Part shown: piece by piece, positions 1-12,840 of the stretch | Layout: each line of letters begins with the position of its first letter | Position numbering within the stretch: the first letter of the stretch is position 1 | From: Macrostomum hystrix | Taxonomy: Eukaryota > Animalia > Platyhelminthes | Length of the DNA: 64,000 nt | Reading direction: 5' to 3' | Assembly (NCBI GenBank): GCA_950097015.1 | Contig: CATNEN010000039.1 | Coordinates: forward strand, 6,324,001 to 6,388,000 | The notes under the pieces: generated by a model | The model's input: the letters and a program-made list of their open reading frames with translations, nothing else | Database searches by the model: none | Told to the model about the DNA's origin: nothing | Program-made: the position numbers and the translations under genes

Positions 1-712
1 CTCCCAAATCCGGCCCGTTGCCCCTTCCGACACCTATTGTATACAGTTTCATCTTTCCCCTGCCTCATCTCTCCCGTGTGTCGCCTTTCCCCCTGTCTCA
101 TCTCTCCCGTGTGTCACCTCTCCCGTGTCTTATCTCTCCATTGTCTCGTCTCTCCCGTGTCTTATCTCTCCATTGTCTCGTCTCTCCCGTGTCTTGTCTC
201 TCCTTTGTCTCACCTCTCCTGTGTCTTATCTCTCCCGTGTCTCATCTCTCCCGTGTGTCATCTCTCCAATGTCTCGTCTCTCCCGTGTCTCATCTCGCCA
301 TTGTCTCGTCTCTCCCGTACTGTAGTGTGCGTACGCACGTGAGCCAGGCCCAGGTGTACACCTGGGTCGTTTGATTGGTTGCGGAGCGGGTGGGTGTCGC
401 CACCCCAGTTCTAGCAAATAATACGCTCGTATATTGACGCGCGCTCAGCGTGGCAGTAAAAATGAGAGTTTTGTCTGCGCACTAAAAATAGCCTCGGCCT
501 TAGTTATTACACGTACCTTATCTCTCCTTTGTCTCATCTCTCTCGTTTCTCATCTCTTCTCTCTCTCTTCTCTTCTCTCTCTCATCTCTCCTGTTTCTCA
601 TCTCTCCCCTATCTCTGATACATTTCTCTTAGATTTCTACAGTCTGCGCGGCCCGCTGTCGTCTTTTAGGTTCTCTATTTGGCCCGCTAGCTAATAAGTT
701 TGCCGACCCCTG
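1..712. mobile_element. Non-autonomous hAT (Charlie/MER58-like) DNA element, right end in window, carrying an internal minisatellite
   Basis: Ends in AGTTTGCCGACCCCTG (712), the reverse complement of the CAGGGGTCGGCAAACT-type hAT TIR. It is followed by ATATAGAG, a candidate 8-bp TSD. Subterminal GGCCCG motifs occur at 650-690 and CCAAATCCGGCCCG at 4-17, so the left TIR is probably just outside the window. Confidence 0.6.
52..318. repeat. Pyrimidine-rich ~19-20 bp minisatellite (TCTCATCTCTCCCGTGT variants)
   Basis: Direct inspection. A more degenerate copy lies at ~518-612. It explains ORFs 18-374, 37-342 and 125-325. Confidence 0.9.
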
Positions 713-1963
713 ATATAGAGGAAGAGGAGAGGTCTCGCTAGCATTGAGCATCATAATAATTACCGCTAAATCTGCTACGAGCGTATGTACATTTTACTAG
801 TTGAAATCGAATCGCTTAATCAGCCAAGAGACCCATATCACTATCGCCACACATAAACGCACGTTCGGGTGCTAAAAGAAGTGACGCAATCCTATTCAAT
901 TGGCAGTATCGGGCCCTCTGTTAAGCTCGCGGGCAAGAAAATGTATAATTGAAGTTTTCAGTTTAAAAGTGAGCCAGCGCTTTCTGTGGCTGTCGGAAAT
1001 TCAACCTGCATGTGTATCATTTCAGAACCTTTTTTAGCCTAATTCCTAATAAATTGCGCTGCAAGAACCGAAAAACTTTTCTCCATCTTTTTTTATCGTT
1101 AAATTTGTCCCTCCGAGCTGTCCCGTAGCAAACACCGCATGCAGAATTTCCATTATTTGTAGCAGACATTGTACCAAGTGTTTCCTGTCTGGAAACTAGG
1201 AGAGTAGAGAATGCAACCAAGGCCATTCATATGGCAGGCTGCCTGAGAAACTATAGAGGCTGAAGCCTCGTATAGATTAAAGTTGTTGATTTCGGCACAG
1301 CAACAGCACATTAACACAATCTGCCTGACTTTCCGATCCCGACTTTGGATTCATTTCGCGTTGTTTCTTTCTGTCTCTCAAAAGCGAGAGAGGAAGGACT
1401 TTTTCTAGAACTTTCTGAACAATTTTGGCGCCTTAATTACCATGTCTTGACAAGTTCGGTAATAGTTGCTAAGCGGTATCATGTCGTCAGCTGAATTTGT
1501 TCCAATCAAAAGATGCTCATAGTGAGAAGGGGAAGCTCAAATGAAGTTTGGGCATCAGGAGAGGAACAGGAGAGAGCTGGGGTTGGAGAGAATGGAATGC
1601 GTTGTTGTCAGTGTGTTGCGCACAGCCCAATGGTCCCCGCTTGTTAATGAATGACTGCAACGTGCATGTCGATTGGAACAGTGTTTGAGAGGCCCATCAC
1701 GCATCTGCAGTGGAAACCAAATCATCGGACAAGCAAAACTGATGGAGCCATGGCATATACCATTGCAGCATCTGGCAGCAGCACAGCAATAGATTGCTTT
1801 CAATTTCTCGGGCTAGCGGATGACAAAGCCACTATGCCTGGGTGAAGTCCTCCGCAATTAGTCAAAATATATTTCTCGGACGGATGAAGCACACCTTGGT
1901 TTACTCCGGGAAATTCAGATTGATGAGGCCCACTTGCATTCCTGCGCAATGGACATGGCACTT

Positions 1964-1995
<32 letters not shown>

Positions 1996-2384
1996 GCAAG
2001 CCTGCAGATAATTTACAGCTGACAAGCGAGCCTCTGACAGCCCATGCAGGGTTCAAAACGAATGGAATGTTAAAGTTTCTATTATGTTGAGAGGGTGAAG
2101 TTTGTAATTCGGATTTCCGATCAGGTTTTCTAGGTGCATTGTCCTTTTCCCAACTGATTCGTGTCGCTTTTCCATCTAGCTCAATAGGAGCCGTTTTTAT
2201 TGTACTTGCAATATCGGAAACCGGTATAATCAGCCTGTTCATATTTATTGAAGGAGTGAGAACGATTTCTTATTATTACTCGTACATAACTAACTGTAAG
2301 TAAACATTGGGTAACATTGCACTAAACAATATATCAACCACGCCAAGGCAATGCCTTGAATACAATACAAATGATTATAATAAC

Positions 2385-2940
2385 CATGTGCTCAATGGTT
2401 GAGGAATGTACTTTATAATTATAATGGTGTGATAGAATTATGTGCTCAACGAATAGAATTATGGGCTTAATGAATAGAATGATGTACTCAATAAATAGAA
2501 TGGTGTGCTCAATGAATAAATTGATGTGCTCGATTAATTAAATGGTGTGCTCGATTAATTAAATGATGGGCTCAATGAATAGTTAGGGATAGAAGAGTGT
2601 GCTCAATAAATCAGTAGTATGATGTACTCAATAAATAGGAGGATGTGCTCAATAATGAATTAAATTTGAACGATATGCTTAATTAATAAAATGATGTGCT
2701 CGACGAATTGAAATTGAATGATGTGCTCAATTAATAGAATGATGTGTTCGGTGAACTGAATGATATGCCCAATAAAGTGCTCAATAAATAGGATGATGTG
2801 CTCGATGAATTAAAATTCAATGATTTGTTCAATTAATATAATGATGTGCTCGATGAATATAATGAATTGCTCAATAAATAGAATGGTGTGCTCAAGGGAT
2901 AGAAAAGTGTGCTCAATAAATAGAATGATGTGCTCAATGT
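2385..2940. repeat. Degenerate AT-rich ~21-bp tandem repeat (AATGATGTGCTCAATAAATAG)
   Basis: Recurrent ATGTGCTC(A/G)AT core at roughly 21-bp spacing. Confidence 0.85.
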
Positions 2941-5521
2941 GTATAATTTTTTGTGCTTGATACTAATAGTTAGGATTAAACTGTATGGATAAAGTTTGTA
3001 ATGACCATTTGCACTTGTTCAATATATATAGGAGGAAAAACGGAAGAATTTCGTGTTAGAAAAACATTCGAATAAAGTTATGAAGATATTTAATTTTGGT
3101 GAATTGTGTAAAACTCGGCAAGGCTTTAAAAATGGCTCTCAGTCCAAAATAGATTGCCCATTGCGTCATTGTTTCTCGTTCAGCTCCTGTAGAGAGAATT
3201 CTAGAACATAATGGAACTCGCCCTGAATGGAATGCAAAAAGTGCATTCTTAGCCGCACGCGAAACAGATTGCCTCATTACTCAGTTGATGTCCACAGTTC
3301 GATGATTTACTGGCCTCGCAACAGCATGGCTGACAGCAGTTTCTGAGTGAGGCAAACACAAAGCAATCTGAACGCATGCGCTGATGAAGGGAAGTGCTAG
3401 TAGTGGATTCTGGGCTCCAGGTGGAATGCTGACGATGACAAATGACATTTCATCATCGCCAAGGCCCAAGCTGCAGTTTCAGCTTGCAGTGAAATGTCAG
3501 GAATTTACATTCCTGAAGCGCGCGGGATGCAGCACCCCACATCCCATGGACACTGGAAGGTTTGCTCATTGAAGTTTACTCTTCAATCTATCGCTCTCCT
3601 GTCCACTCATCTGCGGTTCGCGATGGATGGGGCAATCAAGAAAATTCCTCAGATTAGGACAGCGGGAGGAACAGAACTGAGAGCGTTCTTTACCCAGAAG
3701 CAAATTTTTTTGCCGTTGGAAGCAACCACTTTCCACCTCCACGCACTCCCTCTATCCCTGGCATTTAGACAACAGGTAATCAATCCTTGGGATTTCGCAC
3801 TGCGTATAGTTTTTGAGGCCTAGAGCAACACTTATCATGCGCAAGATAAATGTGGCATGTTGGTTTGATGATGATGGAGGCAGATGAGGGGCCACATTCC
3901 ATTCCCTTTCTTACAGAAAAAGAATGAGGATGGACAACGGGCGATTAGGAGAAGGATGAGATGGCGCTCAGAGGCTAAATTCTTCATCGCTTAAACCCTA
4001 AATTGTAGGGCCATGTGACACTTCAGTCAGTGAGCAGCAATGATCTCAAAGAAGTTTGAACAAGAATCAGACTCGAGTCTAGCAACCGAATTGACAGATA
4101 TTAGCCCAAGTCGATACACATTTTTATTTCAGTAACTCACTACCCAACATTCTCACTCTTTCATAGCAACTAATTAGCTGTGTGTTTGAGCATCGCGACA
4201 AGAGAGACAGTGGGAGACAGCGGAGGGTGGACGAAGGCTTCGGTCTCAACTTTAAATTTCTGCAATCGGACAAAAAGGCTGAACAAAAAAGCAGAATGTG
4301 CGAATAAAGCATTGAATGACTTGCTGGTAATTTGCTCTAAGTGTGGAATTCGTCTATGGAAGAAGCTGATGAATTCAATTGTCAGTATTTTAAGGGCAAA
4401 ATGATGAAATAATTCACAGTAGCTGCAAATTCGTTTGATTCGCGTGTCACTCAAGGCGCCTGTGAGTTGACGGTGTTATTCTTGTGGTCCGCTTTTAATT
4501 CAGAGACAAATAAATATTAAATTTTTTATGTATATAATGAGGCTAGCAGTGAGAAAACAAATGAAAGTTTGACAGCATGTGAAAATCTCTATTGCGGCAA
4601 TTGGATGGAAACTGCCTTAAAAATGACATTAAAAGGTGAAAAAATATGAACACGCCTATATAACTTGAAAGCGTTGGATGAAAGCAATGATGGTCGACTC
4701 GAAACCAGGATCGCTCGGCCTCAAGCCGGTTAGGCTTCGGCACTCATTTCCTAAGTGGACCTTCAGTCCTTGTACTTTCAAAGCTCATAAAAATATTCCG
4801 ACTATCTTGCAAAGCTAGGACTAAACTGACTGGTCTGAAAGCCCGGAAGCATGTACTGTTGTGTAATGCAGTTAGTGAACGAAAAATTGTGATAAAATAC
4901 GATTATAATATTGATAAAATTGGTTGCTAGGTGAAAGATGCAAAATAAAGCTACATTAAATGAAGGGTTGCCAAGTTTAAAAGTGCAGTGCTTGCGAGAC
5001 AACATGAAAGCGTGCTAATAGAGTTACGACTGACACACCGCACCCAGTGCCGAAAGAACGGTGCAGAGAGAGATGTGGTGAGCAGTTTGTGCGCATAAAC
5101 TTGAGCAGTGCAACTTTTCGCTACTACTCAAAGCTCCGCAATTTAGAAACTGGCGGGAGAAAAGCAAGTGTGAGGCTGGGGTAGGTGTGAACCGGTGCTT
5201 TGCGCCTGAGCGCCATAACGCTTACGAAAGAGACATGGGCAAAACGGAAGGATTACTTTTGAAGAAAAAGTACACTGGATGAGAATGGCAGGCCAGCGGA
5301 AACTGAGAAACACTCATGGGCCGGCCAAAAGCAGCTTCAGATAAACTACTGTGATGCAATGACTACCGCTGAACAATTAACTGAGAATTGCGCCTTTAAA
5401 TTGTCTTCTGTGTCCGGTCTAGACCTACAGTCTCAAGAATTAGTGTCAGGTCAGAGCCCCAGGTCCCGATGCCGACCATTCCGCGCTCCCCGTTCCCGGC
5501 TGCGCCTGAGCGAGTGCACCT

Positions 5522-7477
5522 TCAAGCGCAGGTGCAACTCTCTGCGGACAGATCTTTGATAGTCTTCAGCTGCACATTGCTGCCGCCACCAGGCTTGCGA
5601 ACCACCGTCAGCAACTGGAAGTCGCGATAGGTATTGGCCACGCAGCAGAGGCTGATGTCTTCTCGTGTCTCGTGGCTCAACTGGCTGGTCTGACTGTGAC
5701 TGAAGATCTGCAGCAGTGTGCTATGCGCTGTCTTTACCTCCGACTGGCCATGACCTGGTGGGTGAAAGGCGATAGGATCAGTTTGAGACGAGTACGATTA
5801 TTTGCTACACAATCCGTATAGAAGCAGGACCAATATGCTCTACTCACACTCGCCGGTGCAGTAGCTGATTTGAAGCTGTCGCGGCGACAGCACCGCGCTC
5901 TGGTGGACCATGTCGTACGTGAAGTCCATCATGCAGCAGGACACCTGGCCGTGACGCATCCGCATCTTCTCGAGGATACACTTCTGTGTCCGTGTGATGC
6001 CGGCGCTCGACGAGATGTTCCTGAACAAAGACTCGGCGCTCAGTTTGAATGGCCATGGCTCCACCTCGCGCTTCTTCCGGCCCTTCGTCTCAACAACGGC
6101 CGTCTCTACGCGCACCTTACAGTCCATGACCAGGTAGGCTACAGACAATTCATGGCCCTCTCGGCAGTCTACACATTCGACAAGAAAGAAAATCTCAATT
6201 TTCTGACCATTTTTCAGGGAACCAGCGCTCTCAATGATAGGCTTGACACTCGAGGTGAAATCAGGTGGGTTTATATCATCATTTAATTGTTTCGACAAAA
6301 CATCTCGGCTGTCCCTGGGGCTGGATGGAAGACGAGCTGTAGAACTCTTGTCGATCTTGTAGACTGACAGCCTGAGCTTTCCAGAACGCTGGCGCGACTC
6401 GGCGGTCAAATGAACGCTCATCGTCAGCTTGGTGATGCGCTGCTGGCTCATGTATCGATCTAGTACGAAGCTCCAACCATGTCGCACGTTGCCTTCGTGA
6501 TCTCGCATCGTCTCTGAGGGAGGCGCGGAGAAATCTTCTGCTTTCGAATAGCTCCATTAGAATTTCAGTCACTGATTGCTCCATGCAACACATTTCTAAT
6601 ACTTCGTAATTGCCTATAATAATTGCCGAAAACGGCCGAGAAGACAGTATAACAGAGTGCTCTAGTATTCAAAGCCGCGAGCAACTACTTTGGGAGTTAA
6701 TTATTACAAGCAATTTTCCCGGCCAAAACTTCGGCCCACCTGTTGTGAGCGGCACTAATTGGCCTATACCGATGCCAGCCACCTAATTATAGAAATTTTT
6801 TTAAAAGCAAGAACAATTGAGACAATCTCTGCCAAACTCAGCAACTTAGTGGTCTCCGTATGGCCCTCTTATTTCCAAGCTGTCGCCATCACTTCTGCAC
6901 CGCCTATACCCTAAAATTCAAGCACTTATTATCCTCCTAGCAACTCACTGGGTGTTCCAATGTAGATGGACTCCTCAAACTTGCGCGCCATTGGCCTCTC
7001 ATTCCACTTGTTCACTCGGTTCAGAATTCCTTCAGGAATGCGCGACAGGAGGTCCTCTTTCTCGCTCTGGTTCAGCAGAACGTCCTCCTGGCCGATGCCC
7101 AGGTTCTCGTATAGCAGGTCAGTGACCCGCTCCGACATTGACTGCTGCTTCAGATAGACGCTCATGAATGCGTCACGCAGAAACTTTTTCCACTGCTTCA
7201 GCGTCATGTAGGCGAGTCCTTCGTACAGCAGGTCAATGCGTCGCAACTCGTCCCGGATGAAGTCGTAAATGCTGCGATTATCCTTTGTCATCAACGTCTG
7301 CAAATAGAATTCTTGACGCAGGAACTCCACGGCGGCATCCTCCGTACTGTTGATGACTAGGGGTTCCGGCTCCGGGGTGGTCAGGCCAGCACCAGTTGGG
7401 GCGGCATCAACGCGTAGCAGGCAGCCACACACGCAGAAGGCGGCGGCCAGGCAAAAACAAGAGAAAGACGGCGACAT
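5522..7477 (-). CDS. TGF-beta superfamily ligand precursor, 9-cysteine activin/myostatin/TGF-beta group, ~475 aa
   Basis: Exons 7477-6949, 6513-5848 and 5754-5522, joined by phase-1 GTGAGT..CAG introns. N-terminal signal peptide (MSPSFSCFCLAAAFCVCGCLLRVDA), prodomain and furin site RKKR. The mature domain has C..CC..CTGEC..CC..CTC-A-stop. Exon 3 reads CHGQSEVKTAHSTLLQIF...ISLCCVANTYRDFQLLTVV...KDLSAESCTCA*. Confidence 0.92.
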
Positions 7478-10400
7478 TGCTTGTTGCTAAGCGGATGGGA
7501 GAGACACAGAAAGCACGTTGGTGAGTAGCGGACTGCTGACGCAATTCAAATAATCAAAACTCAGCCATTATGGAGAGATCACAACGGGTGCATTATTTAG
7601 GATTCAGATAGATCTTTGTCAACCTTACCGTTGTGAAATTCGCGCGGTAGATTGTAGACGATTGGCAGAGTAATCGCTATAAATTTCGAACTTCGACAGG
7701 CACGCAAGACTCCTTCGGTCAGCTCAAACAGACAGTCTAATAGCTAGTTGGGGAACAGTGCGTCTATTAGGGGGAAAGTAAATTCTTGCCGCGGCCGCCA
7801 ACTGGTCGAGCTTTTATAGGCTCGGCGACTGTGGCCTCCCTGGAGCCCAGTGGCGTTGATGGAGGAGGGTTCGGGGTGGGGCTGCGCCTAAAGCGAGAGA
7901 AGAACTGGTAGGCCTTACTGGCGAGCCAACCCCTGCTGGTTTTCCAGGTCCCAGATCTGGCTGTCGCCTCTAGCAATATAGTAGTTGTTGGGGTGGGGTC
8001 TGGTTTCCACGAATTATGTCAAGTCATTCATTCTTAACGTTTCAGACATCTTTGCAGCGGCAACAACCCCAGGACACAACTTTCCCGAATTCTTGCGGCA
8101 TTCCAGAGTCACATTCTCTCGCTCTCCTCTACCGCTCCAATCAAGTTACAGCTGTGGAATGTTAAATACAAAATGGTTGCTAATATATTTGCAAGTGGCT
8201 ACTTACCATGTGCAGTAGCTAGAATGAAAAATAACAAAACTTTAAACTACTTTTAGAAAAAAACGTTTTCAAAAACAAAATTTGACTCCATTTATTTGCT
8301 ACTCGTGAACCAAAGCTGAGTGGAATGTCAAGCTGATCAGGGGCAGTGCGGGTGCCAGAATGAGCGCACCAATCTGAGGCAGTGCGGTGGTCACTCTTTC
8401 AGGAACTGCGACCAATGCAGAGGAAACGAGAGTTCTGCTTTTGAGCTAGAGGTAGTCGGGTCGGCTCTCAATTGCAAAAAAAGTTATTATAGGTCTATTC
8501 TAGTATACATGCAGGATTAGAGTGACGTTGCAGGTTCTACGCTCGTATGGTTTTAAACTCTGAATTTAAATATGGAACTCAATTCGAAATTTCATTCGGA
8601 AGTTTTGCTCCTTGAATCTTTAGGCTCAAAAACTACGAGTGATATGTTTAAAACCACTTGGTTTTTTGTTAAAAAAGCATGCAAACTATTATGTATTTTA
8701 CTACTTATTTGTTCACATAAGACCCTAAAAGCTAATACCAATAGTACTTGTTGTAAATTGATAAAAAATGTCTTTCTGTTGAGGCATAAGGTTTCATTCG
8801 GAGCGTATAATGCATTTTACAATTAAGTGTTACATCAACACTACTTTTAGTAGCAAGCGATTAAGCGCTTAGCATAATAAATGTTGTAGCCAAATTGGAT
8901 ATTATTTAAATATTTGCGTGAATTTATAACACTATGCTCTCGTTTTTTACATTGCCTCCCCATTTTCCATCCTTCCTCCCCATTGCCTTCCACGCGATTA
9001 TTCTGCTATACCTTATTGTTGTTTTTTAAGTTTCTTTTGTTACCTTTTGCATTTGCTTATTAATTAAGAATTATCTAGAACTCTTTCTTTCCTCATGCTA
9101 CTCCTTTTGCTTTTTTCCTTCCTTGCATTGTCTCTGCCATCTAATTTGCTTTAAATGCCATGAATTGCTTCTACTAAATTAATAAATTTAAATTTTTTAT
9201 GTTTTTCTATAACTTATTATACCAATAATTGTCACTTTCATCGTTATCACTCGTTATTTCCTGTTCTCGCGCCGCTTCAAAAAAATCTTTCGCTGAATTT
9301 TTTTTCTTGTTTTCATCTTTTCCGTTAATACTCGTCATTACTGGCCTAACGGGTACTCTACCCGAGCCAGGTCTACTACTACCACTAGAACACTTGCTGT
9401 AGGGATAAACGCAATAAAGTTCATAACTTCAGTTTATTAAGTTCATTAAGAGTCAACTTTATTTAGTAGACCGATCATGATTTCGTTGCCAATGCGAACT
9501 GAGTTGTGGTGAAAGGCCTTATCTAATCTGTGGAAAAAAAGTTAGCCATAATGAGTCGGCAGTAGCTTTTCGAAGGTCCCGAAATCATTCGTTATGATTT
9601 TTAAGCGGATCTGTTATTTATTCATTTTCAATTTGATCATATCAATTCCAGCAAAAAGATATCGTGACTTTAGGACTTAGGTGTCTCAGCTAGCTATTTA
9701 CAAGCGATATAACGTAACACCCAGTCTCGTAGTATACAATCATACTCGTGTCTCTTGGTATTCTTACCGAACCACCAAGACTGGAAAATGTATAACAAAC
9801 AATCCAACAATAATATACACGGAATAATCAGGTCGCAGTTGTTTTAACACAAGTTTATTTCAGAATTCGTTGCACAAATAGACTTAACTCGCGTCTGAGT
9901 AATGTGCGCGAATCCTGTCACTCGGGTGTATATTAACTTCGCTAAGCCACGATAGTTTTCGAAAAAGCCTTAGTAATATTTATTTGCGATTTTGAACTGC
10001 TTAGGATATAACACACAGTAATACGCACTACAAAAGTACTAAGTCTTTTAAATCAATGTATGACAAATGCCAAATAGGACTGCAATTTTAACTCTCCGTC
10101 GATTATAGACACCGCACTGGCATTCACCGCGTGCCTTATTTATATTGACTTACTTTTTAATCAGACTCGGAGAACTGTCCATTCTTCAGAGCTTGCTATA
10201 CTCAGCCTATCATACAGTCTCCACGACAAGTTCGTAACTTGAAAAAGCCTGAACTGTGTCTAGGACTGTAGATTTGGCACACAGCATTCAGCTAAGAAGG
10301 GAAGCCTCTCACTGACAAAAAGTAAGGATTTAAGACAGAATAAGACCAACAGTGAACACCAAAGCTGCATCTGTTCAAATTGGGCTTGGCCGCTTGGGTA

Positions 10401-12634
10401 GCTCGCAATATGACAATGGGTAAAACTTGCCTTTAACTTGGGATGGGCTTGCAAGTGTAACGGTAAAGGGTATACATAAGGTAAATATAGACAATAAATA
10501 TAGGCAATAAAATAAGTTGGCCCATAACACTGAACTTACCCGCTTGGGTCTCGATTAAAGCCAAGACCAACTTTAGAAACTGAAATGATCAAATCAGTAA
10601 ATAAACTTCGTGAGACAAGGCCTACACGCCAAGCATAGGAAAAGACTGAGAAAGACTTTGAGGTCCTCTCTACGTCAAGGTCTCCTCTCTTTATTATGTA
10701 TAAAATGGCGGGTGAGTGGAGTGGGGAGGGTGAGCGTCTGCGTGGACGCGAAGGTTGGATGAACGCCTTGGGGTAAAGGAGTAAAGTGGGGGGTTGGGGT
10801 CTAGGGTCCTTGACAAAATTATCGATCGAGGAGGATGGCGGGGGGGTTGAGGGTTCTTGGCCCAGTGGCCTTCCATGGTTTGCGAATAGAAAGACTTAGC
10901 CACCCCCTCCTGAGGAGAGGAAAGGCCCAAGCCCTATACAGGCTAGCCTTGGTGTGAAAAGTTTGGAAGCGCGGGGGGCTTGGGGCCTTTGCGTGTTGAG
11001 GAACCCTTCTCACTCTCAAATTTGAAAAGCCTAGCCCTACTCGTCGATATCTGTCTTCCATCACGTATGTATTAGTTAGCTTTTCTTATTACGGAATAAG
11101 GTATTGGTTGTCGTGGGGATGGGTATGGCTATGGGGTGGACGCTTAACTCAACCCTTTCACTTCGTCATGTTGAGAATGAGAACGATTCGATCAGCAAAC
11201 AGTCTTTTTCATCTCCATCCATCCTATTCCTATCCTGCAATACTTTCCCTGGCTAATGCTATGCTTGTCCTGCCTGCCCACTGCCTGCCTGTGTCTACTA
11301 TGCAGCAGTGAGCAGTGATGCACGCCCCATCACTCCTGAGCCCACCGTGTTAGACTTACTGTACCGTCTCCAATCGGCCGGAGACGCTGAGTCAGTCTCA
11401 GTCTAACTCAAACTCATCCTCTTTCGTTCTCTCTTCCCATCCAGCTGCACTCTGTCCCAACACCCTAACAAATCCCATCCCCGACCCCGACCTTCAAGCC
11501 CAAACGAATCAGATTCAATTCAACCAACTGAACAAGCTAAGACGAGCAGGCACCAGGCACTGACACGTGACACTGACTCTGACATTGACAGGAATAGCAG
11601 AATTTTGATGGGGCCACTGAATAGCTCTTGGACATGAAGAATCAGATATTAAAAATGTTCCACCACGATGGTCTACAAATCATACAAAGAGACAGCGCGA
11701 GTTCGAAATTCCAATTGTATTTGAGCCTCTACAGGCGCAGACCGGGAGACATGTTTTTTAAAAAAGCAAAATGTTTTTCGATTGCTTTTATGAAATAGCA
11801 TGATTCGCTTTTCAGCTCAATTAGGATTTCTCCTCCTCCACAAGTGGCAAGCCAAGCCTGCTTTTGTGGGCTTTTTTAAGTGAAACTACAAAAACTATAA
11901 GCCTCAAAAGCTGAAGCTTGGAAGGCTTCTCACCTAGGGCCTGTCCTAATATAGAGCTGCTAGTCTGTTTCGTCTGCCGCTGCGTTTCTGGGCAGGCTCA
12001 GAAGCTGATGTTGTTTTTGCAAAAGCAAAGGTTTCACGCAAAGAAAACTGCCGCTGGCTGCCATGCCCAACTATGGGAGAGAACGAAGCGTAAAAAGCAA
12101 ACTGGGCATCGAAAATCCTTAAGTTAAAAGGGACGCGGAGATAGAGGAGCTTCTTAATTAATTACTGCTATCAGAGTAGAGAAATTCTTCGATTTTGAGC
12201 AGTCAGGACACACGAAACAGATGAAGCATTATGATGATGCTGCAAGTTTGCATGGATGAGCGCAGACAATCCTAATTGTCTGCTTTCTCTCGAAGTTTTG
12301 CGAGTAATTTTCTGTCGATTTGCACCAGCTTCATCGCATAGACATCACCTGTGTGTTGTGCCTAATTTGTACGGGACTATTGGGAATCGGCTGTTAGTGA
12401 ACCTGATGCGATCTTGCGACTGCACAATGCTAATCGAATGCTGAAATCTTGGGCTTTTTGAGGACACATTTATGTACTCACACTGGCTCTCGCCTTCTCT
12501 GTGATCTCTCAACCTGGGATCACTCGCCTGTGCTCACTTATGGGTGTGAGGGCTGAAAGTTCACAGATTGAACATAGCTGCGGCTGTGCCACTGGCTGTA
12601 AAATCTGACCCAACTGGGCTATATTCTCTTTCCA

Positions 12635-12840
12635 GGGCTTGTGTGCAGCCAAGTGGTTAGAGCGTCGGACTCACGACTGGAAGGTCGCGGGTTGGATTCC
12701 CGACTCCACTGGAACAATTTTTGTCCTTTAGCAAGACCCTCTGAATTGTTTCAGTTCGCCCAGCTTTTAAATGGCTACCAGCATTAGCTCGGGTAATTGA
12801 GGGTGGGTGTGGCGGCCCCCCAGTCCATGGACTGACCATA
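12635..12840 (+). mobile_element. tRNA-derived SINE family A (CORE-like body)
   Basis: A-box CAGCCAAGTGG and B-box-like GGTTGGATTCC, then TCCTTTAGCAAGAC..TTGTTTCAGTTCGCCCAGCTTTTAAATGG, resembling a CORE-SINE domain, and tail CCCCAGTCCATGGACTGA. Four further copies occur in the window. Confidence 0.8.

Noticed and set aside
388-415. Helitron 3' end (GGGTGG/CCACCC hairpin then CTAG)
   Set aside because: Hairpin-to-CTAG spacing is short, the next base is not T, and no 5' TC end could be assigned.
1000-5000. Scattered 60-113 aa ORFs, one with a poly-Leu signal-like stretch from a CAG repeat
   Set aside because: No recognisable domain and no phase-consistent exon chain found; a very divergent gene cannot be fully excluded.
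12635-12712. Functional tRNA gene (also at 59573 and 51779)
   Set aside because: Poor acceptor and anticodon stems, and each continues into a shared SINE body present in several diverged copies.
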